From Azolla caroliniana (lineage: Eukaryota; Plantae; Polypodiophyta): a stretch of 64,000 nt of DNA. Shown here piece by piece: positions 1 through 11,489 of the stretch (the first letter of the stretch is position 1; every line of letters begins with the position of its first letter). The stretch is taken from positions 27,900,001 through 27,964,000 of the forward strand of contig JBHGNT010000002.1 of NCBI GenBank assembly GCA_043228905.1, in the 5' to 3' direction. A program made the position numbers and the translations under genes. The notes below the pieces were generated by a model. It worked only from the letters and a program-made list of their open reading frames with translations, had not been told where the DNA came from and did no database searches.

Positions 1-630
1 TCTCGGCAAAAATGGGGAGAGACCGAAAAAAGAAAGCTTCTCCGACATACCTGAAGTAGAAGGAGGCAGAGGTGCGAGGTCGAGGAAGATAAGCAGCTAC
101 TCGGATCTGCGATCTCGCAAGCAGATCGCCATGACGGAACACGCACAGAGAGAGAGAGAGAGAGAGAGAGGACCTGCAATATGAAGAAGAAGGAGATGGA
201 GGAAATAAGCGATAAAGAATTAAATGAAAACATGTACATACATACACACATACATCAACATGCATGCATGCATGTACATACATATTATGAAGTGTTGTTA
301 TTATGTATGTATGTATGTATGTATGTATGTGTTCAACTAGAGAGAGAGAGAGAGAGTACAATGGCATGTTTCTCATGTGGCTTGGATTGACTCACGTGAT
401 GTTGGAGTTCTAGTAAGTCTGTGTGTGTGTGTCATTTAGGCATTGTTCTCTTCTCTGTGTATGTTGTCATTCTTGAACTTTCATGTCCTTTCCTTGGTGA
501 GTACCTTTGCTCTATGATAGTGTAAAGTATCTCGATCCTTTTGTGAATGAATACCTACTACTTTCAAGGTGGTGATCCCACCAAATCCCCCCCCCCCCCA
601 TTGATGATGCTCAAAGTTGCGATACAATAG

Positions 631-1068
631 CCCCAATGGCTTTAGCGATGGCCATTCAAAGCTCGTTTGTGTGTGTCATTGTCTTTGACCGTTATTGAGA
701 TCCTCAACATTGTAGTATGGCACAAGAGAGTAGAGATATAACAACCCCAATGGCTTTAGCGATGGCCATTCAAAGCCCGTTTGTGTGTGTCATTGTCTTT
801 GACCATTATTGAGATCCTCAACATTGCAGTATGGCACGAGAGAGTAGAGATATAACAACCCCAATGGCTTTAGCGATGGCCATTCAAAGCCCGTTTGTGT
901 GTGTCATTGTCTTTGACCGTTATTGAGATCCTCAACATTGCAGTATGGCACAAGAGAGTAGAGATATAACAACCCCAATGGCTTTAGCGATGGCCATTCA
1001 AAGCCCGTTTGTGTGTGGCGTTGTCCTTGACCATTATCGAGATCCTCAACACTTATAGTATGGCACAA
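631..1068. repeat. Tandem repeat, ~4 copies of a 114-bp unit
   Basis: Unit CCCCAATGGCTTTAGCGATGGCCATTCAAAGC...GAGATATAACAA starts at 631, 745, 859 and 973; the last copy is diverged and partial. Confidence 0.95.
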
Positions 1069-2527
1069 GGGTTTTTGTTATTGTCACACTACTTTTTATG
1101 AGGGAGGGAGAGACGGAGATGGAGAGAGAGGTTGTCATAGTATGAACCATACGTGCATTCACATTCGAGCATGGTAAACACCCTTGAAGTATGGTAAATA
1201 CCATATTTTTGTATTCATTATTTACTACAAGGTAAAACTTTTTTAAGGTAAAAAAGTGAGAAATTCTTTTTAAAACGTCCCAAAAAACATTTGCCTCAAC
1301 ATTTGACCTATAAAGCTAGTAGGAAAGACTTTCACACATGGTGTGTGTGGAATTGAGTAGTGTCCGTCGTTTTTTGGGATCTTTACTATTTAATGTTGTG
1401 ATTGAGATGACACATTTTTATTACGAGAGGAATGTTTGTGATTAGTGTAGTAGATTGACAATGAATTGAAAGCAAGCTTTAAATATAGCAACAATAGATC
1501 ATTGTATCAAATTGTGATACTCGAACACCTAAACTTTTCAAAAGCAAAATATACATACATAGTTAACAAATCTCCTCTCTTCTCCCCCACATTGAAGCGA
1601 TTGTAAGCTAAGATGCATGGAAGCTTGTACCAAACAAAAGGGATAGTTCCTAACATGTATCAAGAAGTATTCTTGTTTCCTCGTTTGGAGAAGTTGGTTA
1701 TATAGTTTGGTGAAGGTATGCAATGTATAATAACCAAAACATTTGCCTCAATATATATTCTCTATCAATATTGCAAGAAAACCTCAATAATGGAGGAATC
1801 TATTGGTGCATCACGATGCAAATGTAATGCATCCAAGAAAGCAAATAATCTATTTATATATCGAATCTAATTGGAACCCAAGAATTTTCTTTTTTGCATA
1901 TTTTGAACCCTTGCACTTGCTTCTCGTGAGATTCTAGGAAGTTGTCATGAAGGGCATTTTTAACCATAAGCATGTAAAGATAGATTTTAGTATTACTGAG
2001 AGACGTGGGAGGTCAAATATGATAGATGGAAAGTCTAAGAGACTATTATCAAAAGAGATTGTCTATTCTAAACCCCTATTGCCCAAAGTTAACGTGAAAA
2101 CATCATAAATGAGAAAATTCCCAACACAAGATTGGAAGATCCAAAAAACTATCTCCGGCCTTTGGCTTGGGTAGTTTATAAAGCCCCTATAGGAAATGAG
2201 CAATACTTCGATCGAGATCAATAAAGGGGGGCAAATTAGTGCGGTGATGGGTCGAGACCCTACCCCATCTTGTGACTCATCAATGATCATGTAGACATAC
2301 ATACATACACGGTACACCCACACACACACATACATACACACACACACACATACACACACATACATTATTACATACACACCGACGTGTCTATTATGACACA
2401 AATCATAAAGAGGCCTGGTGAGGGAATCGCGGCCACAGACGGTGCAGGTCGCTCAAAGAAGGCGCGTGTGATCTGCACCGTCCGATTTGGATGAGGAAGA
2501 AGGCGCAAAAAAAAAGCTGCGCAGGCG

Positions 2528-2910
2528 GTCGCCCAACCCTGTCAGAGGTCTCCCAACCGTTTTTTTTTTAAATTTTTGGTTGATTTGGTCACCCAACCAA
2601 CTCAAAAAAAAAAGCAGGTCACCCAACTGTTTATTTTTAAATAGGTTGGGTGACCTGTTTAACCAGGTTGGGAGACTCCTTTAGAGTTTATATTGAGTTG
2701 GTCACCCAACCAACTCAATAAAAGAAGCAGGTCACCCAACTGTTGATTTTTAAAACAGTTGGGCGACCTATTTATCCAGGTTGGGAGACTCCTTTAGAGT
2801 TTATATTGAGTTGGTCACCCAACCAACTCAATAAAAGAAGCAGGTCACCCAACTGTTGATTTTTAAAACAGTTGGGAGACCTGTTTATCCAGGTTGGGAG
2901 ACTCCTTTAG
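2528..2910. repeat. Left subterminal motif array (GGTC[A/G/T]CCCAAC in both orientations; ~113-bp unit x~3)
   Basis: Units start near 2612, 2726 and 2839, each with internal inverted pairs such as CAGGTCACCCAACTGTT...AACAGTTGGGCGACCT. Confidence 0.9.
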
Positions 2911-3150
2911 GGATGTCTATAAAAGCCCTAAACCTGTCATAATCTGTCATTTTTTCAAACAAGATTGACAGGTTGGGTTTGCCGGGAAAGAGGTGGGAGC
3001 TCCTCCATCACAAATCGTCTGTGGCTGCACAAATCGATCTCCTCCATCACAAATCGATCTCCTCCATCACTATTCCCAGGTATGCTCCTTGTTATTATAT
3101 CTTCCACAATGTTATATTCATCGCTTCTTAATAATAATGAAAACAAGCAA

Positions 3151-3288
3151 GATTGTATGGACCATATTGATGCATAGACATGTTTAAGCTTTAGGGTTTA
3201 GAGTCACTATAGACAAGAAGATTGTATGGACCATATTGATGCATAGACATGTTTAAGCTTTAGGGTTTAGAGTCACTATAGACAAGAA
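3151..3288. repeat. 69-bp tandem duplication containing a telo-box-like TTAGGGTTTAG
   Basis: GATTGTATGGACCATATTGATGCATAGAC... starts at 3151 and 3220. Confidence 0.9.
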
Positions 3289-3782
3289 GATAAGCGAACC
3301 ATAAGTGAAGTATAATAGGATCTAATAGGCAAGGCTTTGTTGATTTCCAGCCACTCTAATCCCAGCCAGTATCTTGAAGGCATAATCTAGAAGAGGATGT
3401 AACCACTCTTATCCACACTATAGGTGAGGCCTATCAAACTTATTATGATCTTGCGTTCACTAGATTTGCTTGCTTAAACTTGATTTAATCATCTATATTT
3501 TGATTGTTGGTTTTAATGATTTGCTTGCTTAAACTTGATATTTTGTGTGTTTGAGTACTAAAATCAAAAAATGTTTGATTACTTGAATGGTGGTAGATGA
3601 CTTCCAACTCCAAGTACAAAGATTGGTGGGATTTCGATAACAGTGATATATATCCAACTCAAGAGAGGTATGTCACGAACCAATCTCCCCCAAGAATGGT
3701 TTAGGGTTTGATGCATGTATGTTGACTCGTGATTTGTTAAAGGGTCTTCGTTAGAAGACATTGGCGAAGTCGAGGAGCCGAC

Positions 3783-5598
3783 ATGTGTACGAGTGGGGAC
3801 AAAATGGACCAAGATGCTCCTCCAAATGGTATGTGGATTTGGTGTCGTTGCAATATCTCAATCTTTATGCCAATCTTTATGTCAATCTTAAATATGTAAC
3901 ACAGGTGCAGAAGGAACAGTTGCTCCTCGTCCCGACTTGTTGTATAAGGTTGGAAGAGATGCAAATGGGAACAAGGCTCGTGCATGTATCTACACTGAGT
4001 TTTGCCGCCTCTCGCCAAGGTGGTATCGGAAAAAAAGTGACATGGAGTCACATTTACGCAGAGAACATGCAATAGACGTAGTCCTACCACGAGGGATGCG
4101 TATAGAGGAGGAGGAGGGTATTCCGGGGGCATGCTTTAACAGTTATGAGCGTCAAAGATCACTCAAAAGATTCATGGACCCGGAAATCAAGTACTACAGA
4201 AATCGACAAAAATATATCCGAAAGTTGAAGGTTAGGGTTGTTTCGAAATACAACTCTATTCCTGCTGAACTCCGTCTTGACACACAGGCAGAGTTCGTGG
4301 CACGATTTATGGACAAAGAGATGACTATATACGACTCCAATAAGGATGAGCGTTTGGAGATGTTGACGAAGAAGATAGCAGCTGGTTTGGATTCTTATGT
4401 AAGTATGAGTGAGGATTTCATTTCAGATTGTTGGAGGGTTTATTGGCAAAATTCAGATAATAAGATGTGTCTTATTGTGGTGAAACAGTGTAAAAAGGCG
4501 GGGATATCCACCCAACCGCAGGGTGTGTCCACGGATGTGGATGAGAGTCAAAACCCATCTGAGGGTGGTGTGTCCACTCCACCGAGACGGAGACGACCGA
4601 AAATGCCAATCCGACGGAAGGAGGTCGAGTCAAACACTGATGTTGTTTCCCTAACATCAGATTCAGATGACGCTGCATCGGATGTGGCCATAGTTCAAAT
4701 TCAACATGGCAAGGGCATAAGGTTATGGATTCAAACCCCAAATAAACACTTTTCCAGGTAGGGTTTAATTGAAATATAAACTAGTATCTTACTAATTGAC
4801 ATGGAGTGTGATTTACCTACTCAAAACTACATATTTCCATGCATTTAGGTACCAGCTAACTTGCCCACGTCTCGATATGGCCCTTGATGTTACCGAGTCA
4901 GATCTTGAGACCATATGCAAGAGCCGTGAAATGGCATCGACATGGACTATGACCTTATTCACGTTGTGGATGGAATACTCATTGCCACTCGAGGTGACAG
5001 AACGCTTCACCATCGTCGACCCACTATGGGTGCAGCTACACCAGCAGGCAATGAAGGAGCAAGACATCCTTAAGAAAGTTGCGCAATGTGAGATTACGTT
5101 CATTCCGATCGTGCTTGATGGGCATTGGAACTTGTGGTTCACCATGCGACAACAAGCTTCTAAGCTAACTAGCAAAGTAGTCTTCTGCGATCCATTGAAC
5201 AGACCAGCAACAGACAACATGCGGAGAATGGCAGAGTTGGCGATTCGGACAATTTCATCTGAACCGTCAGACCACACCATTGTGCCCAATGGTCGACATC
5301 AGGTACTGCACATCCCAACACAGCCAAATTGTTGGGATTGTGGCTTTTATGTGATGAAGACTATCCAAATGTTGGTGAGGGAGTTCTTACAAGGATGGAT
5401 ATCTTCGACTTTTGTAAGTGTAATTGCAATTCCTTGTTCATGTGGATTGTGTATAGATGTGTTCTTATACATATTTGGTTACAGGGCACAGAGATGTGGT
5501 TCACCAAACGCGAAGTGGATTCACTTCGGATTCATGTGGACGAGTGGGCACGATCGGTATTAGGATTTGCACCTGCGACCGGTGGCTCCATATTGTAA
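3783..5598 (+). CDS. Transposon-encoded Ulp1-like (peptidase C48) cysteine protease with an N-terminal C2H2-like zinc finger; predicted exons 3783-3828, 3905-4757, 4849-5413, 5485-5598
   Basis: GT-AG introns join the ORFs in frame. Catalytic motifs GHWNL (His), FCDPL (Asp) and QPNCWDCGFYV (Gln/Cys); C-terminal WFTKREVDSLR; N-terminal CIYTEFC...SHLRREH. The start codon is the least certain part. Confidence 0.8.
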
Positions 5599-6069
5599 AT
5601 TTTGGGAATGTTGTTTTCAGCACAGATTTGGCTATAGAGCTGATGTTGTAACTATATTTTGGAATCCCCAAAAATTTTGTATAGTGAGAATCGACTCATT
5701 GTATATCGCGATTACTTATTAATGGAAATGTTGTTTACAACAATTATTTATCTCAATCTGAATGTATTTATCTCAATCTGAATATTGTGGATGATCTGAA
5801 TGTATGGTTTTAAACCAATCGCAAGTTGTGGTATTGCCCAAACCTTTTAAAATTAATTATCTTTTGTTTTGGTCACCCAACCAGGTCGCCCAACCTGTTA
5901 TGTAAACGGCCAGAAAAACGGTCATCTTAACATGTAAATTAATCACATTCTCTGTCACTTTAAACCATTCTCTGTCATTTTAATCATAGCTCATTGCATC
6001 TCCAATATCTGTCTTATAATCACATTCTGCGTCTTAATCACATTCTTATTTTGCACAATCTCTAAAAGC

Positions 6070-6398
6070 TAATCAGGATTAGTTATATTCTTAATCAGTT
6101 ATAATCAGATTAGTTAGATTCTTAATCAGATTAGGGGGATTCTTAATCAAATTAGTTAGATTCTTAATCATCTTAGTTAGATTCTTAATAAGTTATAATC
6201 AGATTTTGTAGATTCTTAATAAGATTAGTTAGATTCTTAATCAGATTAGGGGGATTCTTAATCAGATTAGTTAGATTCTTAATCATCTTAGTTAGATTCT
6301 TAATCATATTAGGGGGATTCTTAATCAGTTATAATCAGATTAGTTAGATTCTTATAACCAGATTAGTTAGATTCTTAATCAGATTAGTTAGATTCATT
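6070..6398. repeat. Tandem array of ~21-bp GATTCTTAATCAGATTAG(TTA/GGG) units upstream of the transposase
   Basis: More than a dozen variant copies read directly from the sequence. Confidence 0.9.
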
Positions 6399-6402
6399 CG
6401 AG

Positions 6403-8186
6403 ATGAATCCCAACGAAATAGATTTAATCACGTCCTTGTATGATTCTGAGGATGGTTATGCATCACCATACTCCGCAACCATCGACGATGACTTGGATTC
6501 GTCTACATCCGAAGACTATGAGTCGGCTTCATCCGAAGAAGAGGCGGAGGAGGTTGATCCCACGTTTAAAACAACTCTTGGGCAATCGACTCCACGTTTA
6601 AAACAAACCAATTTGGCTTGCCATTATATGCAGCTGTGGCTCCAAATGCCATGGGAGTTGGTATCCCATTATGGTACATGATATGTAGTTCTGATAAGGG
6701 GTCTAACCATGAGCAAGTAGCTTTAGAAACTTGCTTGAGAGTCATATTTGCACGGATGCCCAATGTGAGGCCAAATGCCATAGTCATCGATAAAAGTTGG
6801 ACATCGTATAATGCCATAAGTAATGTGGTTGCAACAGACCGATTATCTTGGATAGTTACAAATGGGCAAAGGTCGCAAACACATTGTCGACTTTTGTTGT
6901 GTCACTTCCATGCAAAAAAAGCATGGTTGGACAACTTGTTGCCAAAGGTAAGTGCAAGTGAGAGAAACCACCTTTATAATCGGATGTGCCAACTCATGCA
7001 ATGCATTACGGAATCCACATTCAATGCCCAATGTGAGGACTTAAAGGTAGAATATGCAAACAAGCCAGGTGTTTGGCAATATATAGAAGGAGGATGGTGT
7101 GGCTTGACATGTGTGTGGAGGAAACTGTGGCCCAAATTTGGTAGAATGTTCAACTACGGACATGTTGACACTACCAATCTTGTGGAGAGACATTGGCAGT
7201 TTATCAAATATACTGCCTTAAGAGGGAGGATAAACCGATCAATTACCGATCTTGTGCATGTTTTAATCGGGGACAGTCAAACTGGCACTTGCATCGGGGG
7301 TACTGTTATTGAATGGTACAAGCAACGACAAGAAATATGTAAGAGTGGTAGATTTGCACCACGTGCAAATTGTAGGGATCAAACAACTAGACTTAAAGAG
7401 GCCGAAAGGCTACTAGAGAGGTATGAAACTAATAATGCGACAATGCATATTGTGGACGAGCCTCGATATTGGTTTAAAATATTGAGCTTGACAAAACCGG
7501 ATGTATGGTATAATGTATCGCTCCAATGTTCATATTGTGATTGCCACGACCCTGCGAGTAAATGTAAGCATATACTTGGCATCAGGATGATTATTGAGAG
7601 GCACATGCCACATCTATGTGGGTCATTGCCTTTTATAGATCATGCAACCTATATGCGCAATGACCATTTCACAGAGACGGAAATGGAGACAGAGGTAGAA
7701 CCAGTCGAGGAGACAAACCCTATAACATCACGAGTGGAGGAATGTTTGTCGAAATTACAAACGCTTGAGGGGGCTATTCAATGTTTTAAGCAAGGGTTAC
7801 AATCCCTCGACTGTGCAGCAATTTTGGCATGTATGGAGTCCATTCAAGAAACAAGTGAGACATTGGTGTATCACACAGGTGCACCGAAACCAACTAACGA
7901 AGAAGACCGTGGATCCATAGGGCGTAAGCAAGCAATTGGTGCAAAAAGGGGAGCATCAATCAACATTTCACAAGATCTTATTGGCAGCTCCCCAAACACT
8001 TCCAAGGCACACACAGGAAAAATGCAAAGAGGCGCAAGTCGAGCTAGGAGGCGGTTGCCAATATGTGCGACAGATAAAATGCGATGCTTGCATTGCGATG
8101 CCTTGACCTTTAGATCAAGGGACTCAAATGTTGATTGTTGCAAGAATTGTGGTCGCATCTTGCCATCATCTCCGGATGAGCCATAA
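6403..8186 (+). pseudogene. MULE transposase (DDE + SWIM + C-terminal Cys4) with the N-terminus out of frame and probably deleted
   Basis: Frame of ORF 6618-8186 contains IDSTFKTNQFGLPLY (first D, ~6588), IVIDKS (second D), LLCHFH, TTNLVERHW (E), SWIM CDCHDPASKCKHI and CLHC...CKNC. The ATG-started acidic leader at 6403 is in a different frame, and the transposase frame has a stop at ~6567. Confidence 0.85.
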
Positions 8187-8467
8187 ATGTTTGGTAACTT
8201 TCAACTTTTATGTTTTGCCAGGATTATTTGTTTTAACAGAAGTATGGTAAAGATCGCCGGTTTTAAGTAATTTAAGGTTGAATTTTGTGACTATTTGATA
8301 TGTTATTGTAAGTTTACATTCTTCGTTTTATGTTTTAAATGTTTTTTAACTTTCAACTTTTATGTTTTAATATGATTATTTGTTTTAACATAAGTATGGT
8401 AAAGATCGTCGGTTTTAAGTATTTTAAGGTTGAATTTTGTGACTATTTGATATGTTATTGTAAGTTT
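8184..8467. repeat. ~152-bp tandem duplication 3' of the transposase
   Basis: TAAATGTTT...AACTTTCAACTTTTATG...TGTTATTGTAAGTTT at ~8184 and ~8336. Confidence 0.85.
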
Positions 8468-8517
8468 TAAGGGTAATTAACAAGCTTATTTGAAGATTTT
8501 GGTTGGAATGATACATT

Positions 8518-8760
8518 TGGTTGGGCGACCTGCAACGGTTGGGAGACCAATCGGTTGGGCAACCTGTAACTGTCAGGGTTGGGTGACCTAAAACGGTTGG
8601 GCAACTTGCAACAGTCATAGTTGGGTGACCAATTTCGGTTGGGCGACCAACGACTCAGAGTTGGGTGACCTCTGACAGGGTTGGGTGACCATCGACTCAG
8701 AGTTGGGTGACCTCTGACAGGGTTGGGTGACCATCGACTCAGAGTTGGGCGACCTCTGAC
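8518..8760. repeat. Right subterminal motif array (GTTGGG[T/C/A]GACC; 42-bp unit x~3)
   Basis: About 11 motif copies; unit CGACTCAGAGTTGGGTGACCTCTGACAGGGTTGGGTGACCAT at 8651, 8693 and 8735 (partial). Confidence 0.9.
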
Positions 8761-8935
8761 AACTTTTTTTTTCGCGCGCTCTTCCTTATCGAAATCTGAC
8801 GGTGCAGATCGCACGCACCTTCCTCTAGGCGACCTGCACCGTCTGTGGCCGCGATTCCCTCACCAGCCCTCTTTATGATTTGGTGCAGGATAGCAACGAG
8901 CCATACACACACACACACACACACACATACACACA

Positions 8936-8966
<31 letters not shown>

Positions 8967-9425
8967 GTCAGGAGAGAGAGAGAGAGAGAGAGAGATGATG
9001 GAATTTGTAGGGGGAAGAGAAGGAGAAATTTGAAACCCAGGAGGGCTATTTCCTCTGTAGCTCAAAAACAACTTAAAAAACAAAGCTTTTGCTCAGGGAA
9101 AAGAAATAAGAACGGAACAGAGATGAAAGCAAAGGAACATGGAAGCCAAACAGAGAAAGCAATTGGGGAAGACACAAATATGAAGAAAATGAAGGTGACG
9201 ATGAAAGATGAAGATGTGAAAAAATGTTCTTCATACTGTTTTCTGTAGAAACTTTTTTAAAAACGAATCTTAGAGAGATGGAAGAAGAAGAAGAGAGACT
9301 AATTCGTTCATCTTTGATCTATTTTTATTTTATCTACAAGAGTATACGTGAAACTTTAGAGAAATGATAAAAGGAGATAAAATTTTATTGGAATCCGTAC
9401 ATTTTTACTCTGATTTTCTCCTACA

Positions 9426-11489
9426 ATGTCATTTTCTTCATGGAATGCTCTCATCATAGAATTTGTTAAAAGTGGTCAATACCGGCAGGCCCTATCAGTA
9501 TACCAAAACATATCTGAAAAAGAAAGTTCTCAACTTATTTTGGACAAAACCTTTGTCGCCTTATTAAAAGCCTGCAGTGTGCTGAAGGATCTGGAAAGAG
9601 GCCAAAGAATACATGCTCACATTGATAACACTGGGGTTGGTTTACTTGAAAATAATGTATTCATTGGATGTGCTATGGTTGATATGTATGCAAAATGTGG
9701 TTTTCTTGCAAAATCACTTGAAATCTTTAAGAAAATTCGTTTACGGGATGTGGCCATGTGGAACGCTCTCATAACTGGATATGTTGATGGTGGCCGAGGA
9801 GAAGAAGCTATGTGGTTTTTAGAAGAGATGGAATGTGATGGTATTTGTGCGAATTCTGTCACATTTGTTTGCATTTTGAAAGCTTGTGGGAGCATAAGAA
9901 GCATTGAAAAGAGTCAATGGATCCATGCTGAGATAGTAAAGAAAGGGTTAGATATGGATCCCCTTATCTGCAATTCGTTAGTGGATTTGTATGCCAAATT
10001 TGGGTTCCTTTCCACTGCCAAAGAGCTCTTTAGAAAGCTCCCAAACCGAGATACCGTGGCTTGGAATACGCTAATAGGTGGATATGTTGAATGTGGTCAG
10101 ATTGAGGATGCATTCTATTTCTTTGACCAAATGCAACGTGAGGGTATCTCAATGAATGGAATCACATCAGTGGGTCTATTGAAAGCTTGTTCCAGTGTAG
10201 GATCTCTGGCCAAGGGTAAAGAAATTCATGTTGAGGTTGCAAAGAAGGGGTTAGAAACAGAAGCTTTTGTTGGAGGGTCCTTAGTTGATATGTATGCGAA
10301 ATGTGGCGCCTTAAACGAGGCACAAGAAATATTCGAGAGAAATTCGGTTCGAGATATAGTTTCATGGACATCACTCATGGCGGGATATGCTGAACATGGA
10401 CATAATAAGGAGGCATTGGATTGCTTTGAAAAGATGAGGAAACATTGTTGCCTCTTGCCAGATGCATTTTCATTCTCTTGTGGGTTGAAATCTTGTGGAA
10501 GCTTAAGAGATAGACAAAAAGGCCGAGAAATACATGCCGAGGTCATCAAAATGGGCTTTGAAAAAGAGGTCCTTGTTGGTAACACGATAGTCAACATGTA
10601 TGTAAATTGTGGGTTATTGTCGACTGCCCACTACTTGTTTAACACTCTAGTTGTGCGAGACGTGGTCTCCTTAAACTCATTGATGGTAGGATATACCGAA
10701 CGAGGGCATAATGAAGAGGCAATTTTTTGTTTTGAGGAGATGGTTCCAAAAGGGGGGTGTACAAATCCAGTAACTATAGTTTGTGCTTTAAAGGCTTGTT
10801 GTGGGATCACTGGTACAATAGCAAAGGGAAGAGAGGTACATGCTCAGGCGATAAAAGCAGGTATCGAACCTGAGCTCATTATTGGCAATACATTAATTGA
10901 CATGTATGTGAAATCATGCTCTCTTCGAGAAGCTGAACAAGTCTTTGATAAGCTTGTCACTCGGGATGTTGTCTCGTGGACTGCACTAATGGCTGGATAT
11001 GCTCAACTTGGGGAAAATGAGAATGTCTTCCATACCTATGGTCAAATGCATGAAAGTGGTATAATGCCAAACCTAATCACTTTTGTGCATCTCTTAAATG
11101 CATGCAATCATGCAGGTATGGTGTTTGAGGGAGAGACATATTTTGAATCAATGAGTAGTGACTATGGGTTAAATCCGACAATGGACCATTACACATGTAT
11201 GATTGACCTACTTGGTCGAGCCGGACACTTAAGAAAGGCGGTATCAATGATCGGGAGAATGCCGATGCAACCTGATGTGGTGGTGTTGCATACTGTCCTT
11301 TTAGCATGTCGAAAGTGGGGAAATGTAGAGTTTGGAAGGCTTGTATTTGAACATGCGTTGCGGCTCGACAAAAAGGCTGAGGCAACATATATGTATATGT
11401 TTAACATATATACTGATGCTTCCATGCATGACGATGCGAACAAAATTGAGGCAATGAGGGTGGAAAATATCAGGAATGGATTTGATTGA
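9426..11489 (+). CDS. Pentatricopeptide repeat protein, PLS class with E domain and no DYW (probable organellar RNA-editing/processing factor)
   Basis: Intronless 687-aa ORF with repeated LVDMYAKCG / DVVSWTALMAGY / TFVCILKAC motifs, followed by HYTCMIDLLGRAGHL...MPMQPD...LLACRKWGN (E domain). Confidence 0.95.
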   Translation: MSFSSWNALIIEFVKSGQYRQALSVYQNISEKESSQLILDKTFVALLKACSVLKDLERGQRIHAHIDNTGVGLLENNVFIGCAMVDMYAKCGFLAKSLEIFKKIRLRDVAMWNALITGYVDGGRGEEAMWFLEEMECDGICANSVTFVCILKACGSIRSIEKSQWIHAEIVKKGLDMDPLICNSLVDLYAKFGFLSTAKELFRKLPNRDTVAWNTLIGGYVECGQIEDAFYFFDQMQREGISMNGITSVGLLKACSSVGSLAKGKEIHVEVAKKGLETEAFVGGSLVDMYAKCGALNEAQEIFERNSVRDIVSWTSLMAGYAEHGHNKEALDCFEKMRKHCCLLPDAFSFSCGLKSCGSLRDRQKGREIHAEVIKMGFEKEVLVGNTIVNMYVNCGLLSTAHYLFNTLVVRDVVSLNSLMVGYTERGHNEEAIFCFEEMVPKGGCTNPVTIVCALKACCGITGTIAKGREVHAQAIKAGIEPELIIGNTLIDMYVKSCSLREAEQVFDKLVTRDVVSWTALMAGYAQLGENENVFHTYGQMHESGIMPNLITFVHLLNACNHAGMVFEGETYFESMSSDYGLNPTMDHYTCMIDLLGRAGHLRKAVSMIGRMPMQPDVVVLHTVLLACRKWGNVEFGRLVFEHALRLDKKAEATYMYMFNIYTDASMHDDANKIEAMRVENIRNGFD

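Larger units (their letters stand above)
2380..8901 (+). mobile_element. Mutator-like DNA transposon (MULE) carrying a Ulp1 protease gene and a transposase
   Basis: Inverted termini of >110 bp (2399 CAAATCATAAAGAGGCCTGGTGAGGGAATCGCGGCCACAGACGGTGCAGGTCGC... matches the reverse complement of ~8765-8882). CATACACAC flanks both ends (2371-2379, 8902-8910) as a candidate 9-bp TSD. Internal MULE-type transposase. Confidence 0.9.

Noticed and set aside
362-582. Possible LTR remnant (TG...CA)
   Set aside because: No TSD or inverted termini.
631-1068. Regular array as a CRISPR-like locus
   Set aside because: Whole units are repeated with no unique spacers; eukaryotic context with no cas genes.
2487-2684. 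ORFs with RWSPN/RSPN repeats (also 8424-8814)
   Set aside because: By-products of the MULE subterminal motif arrays.
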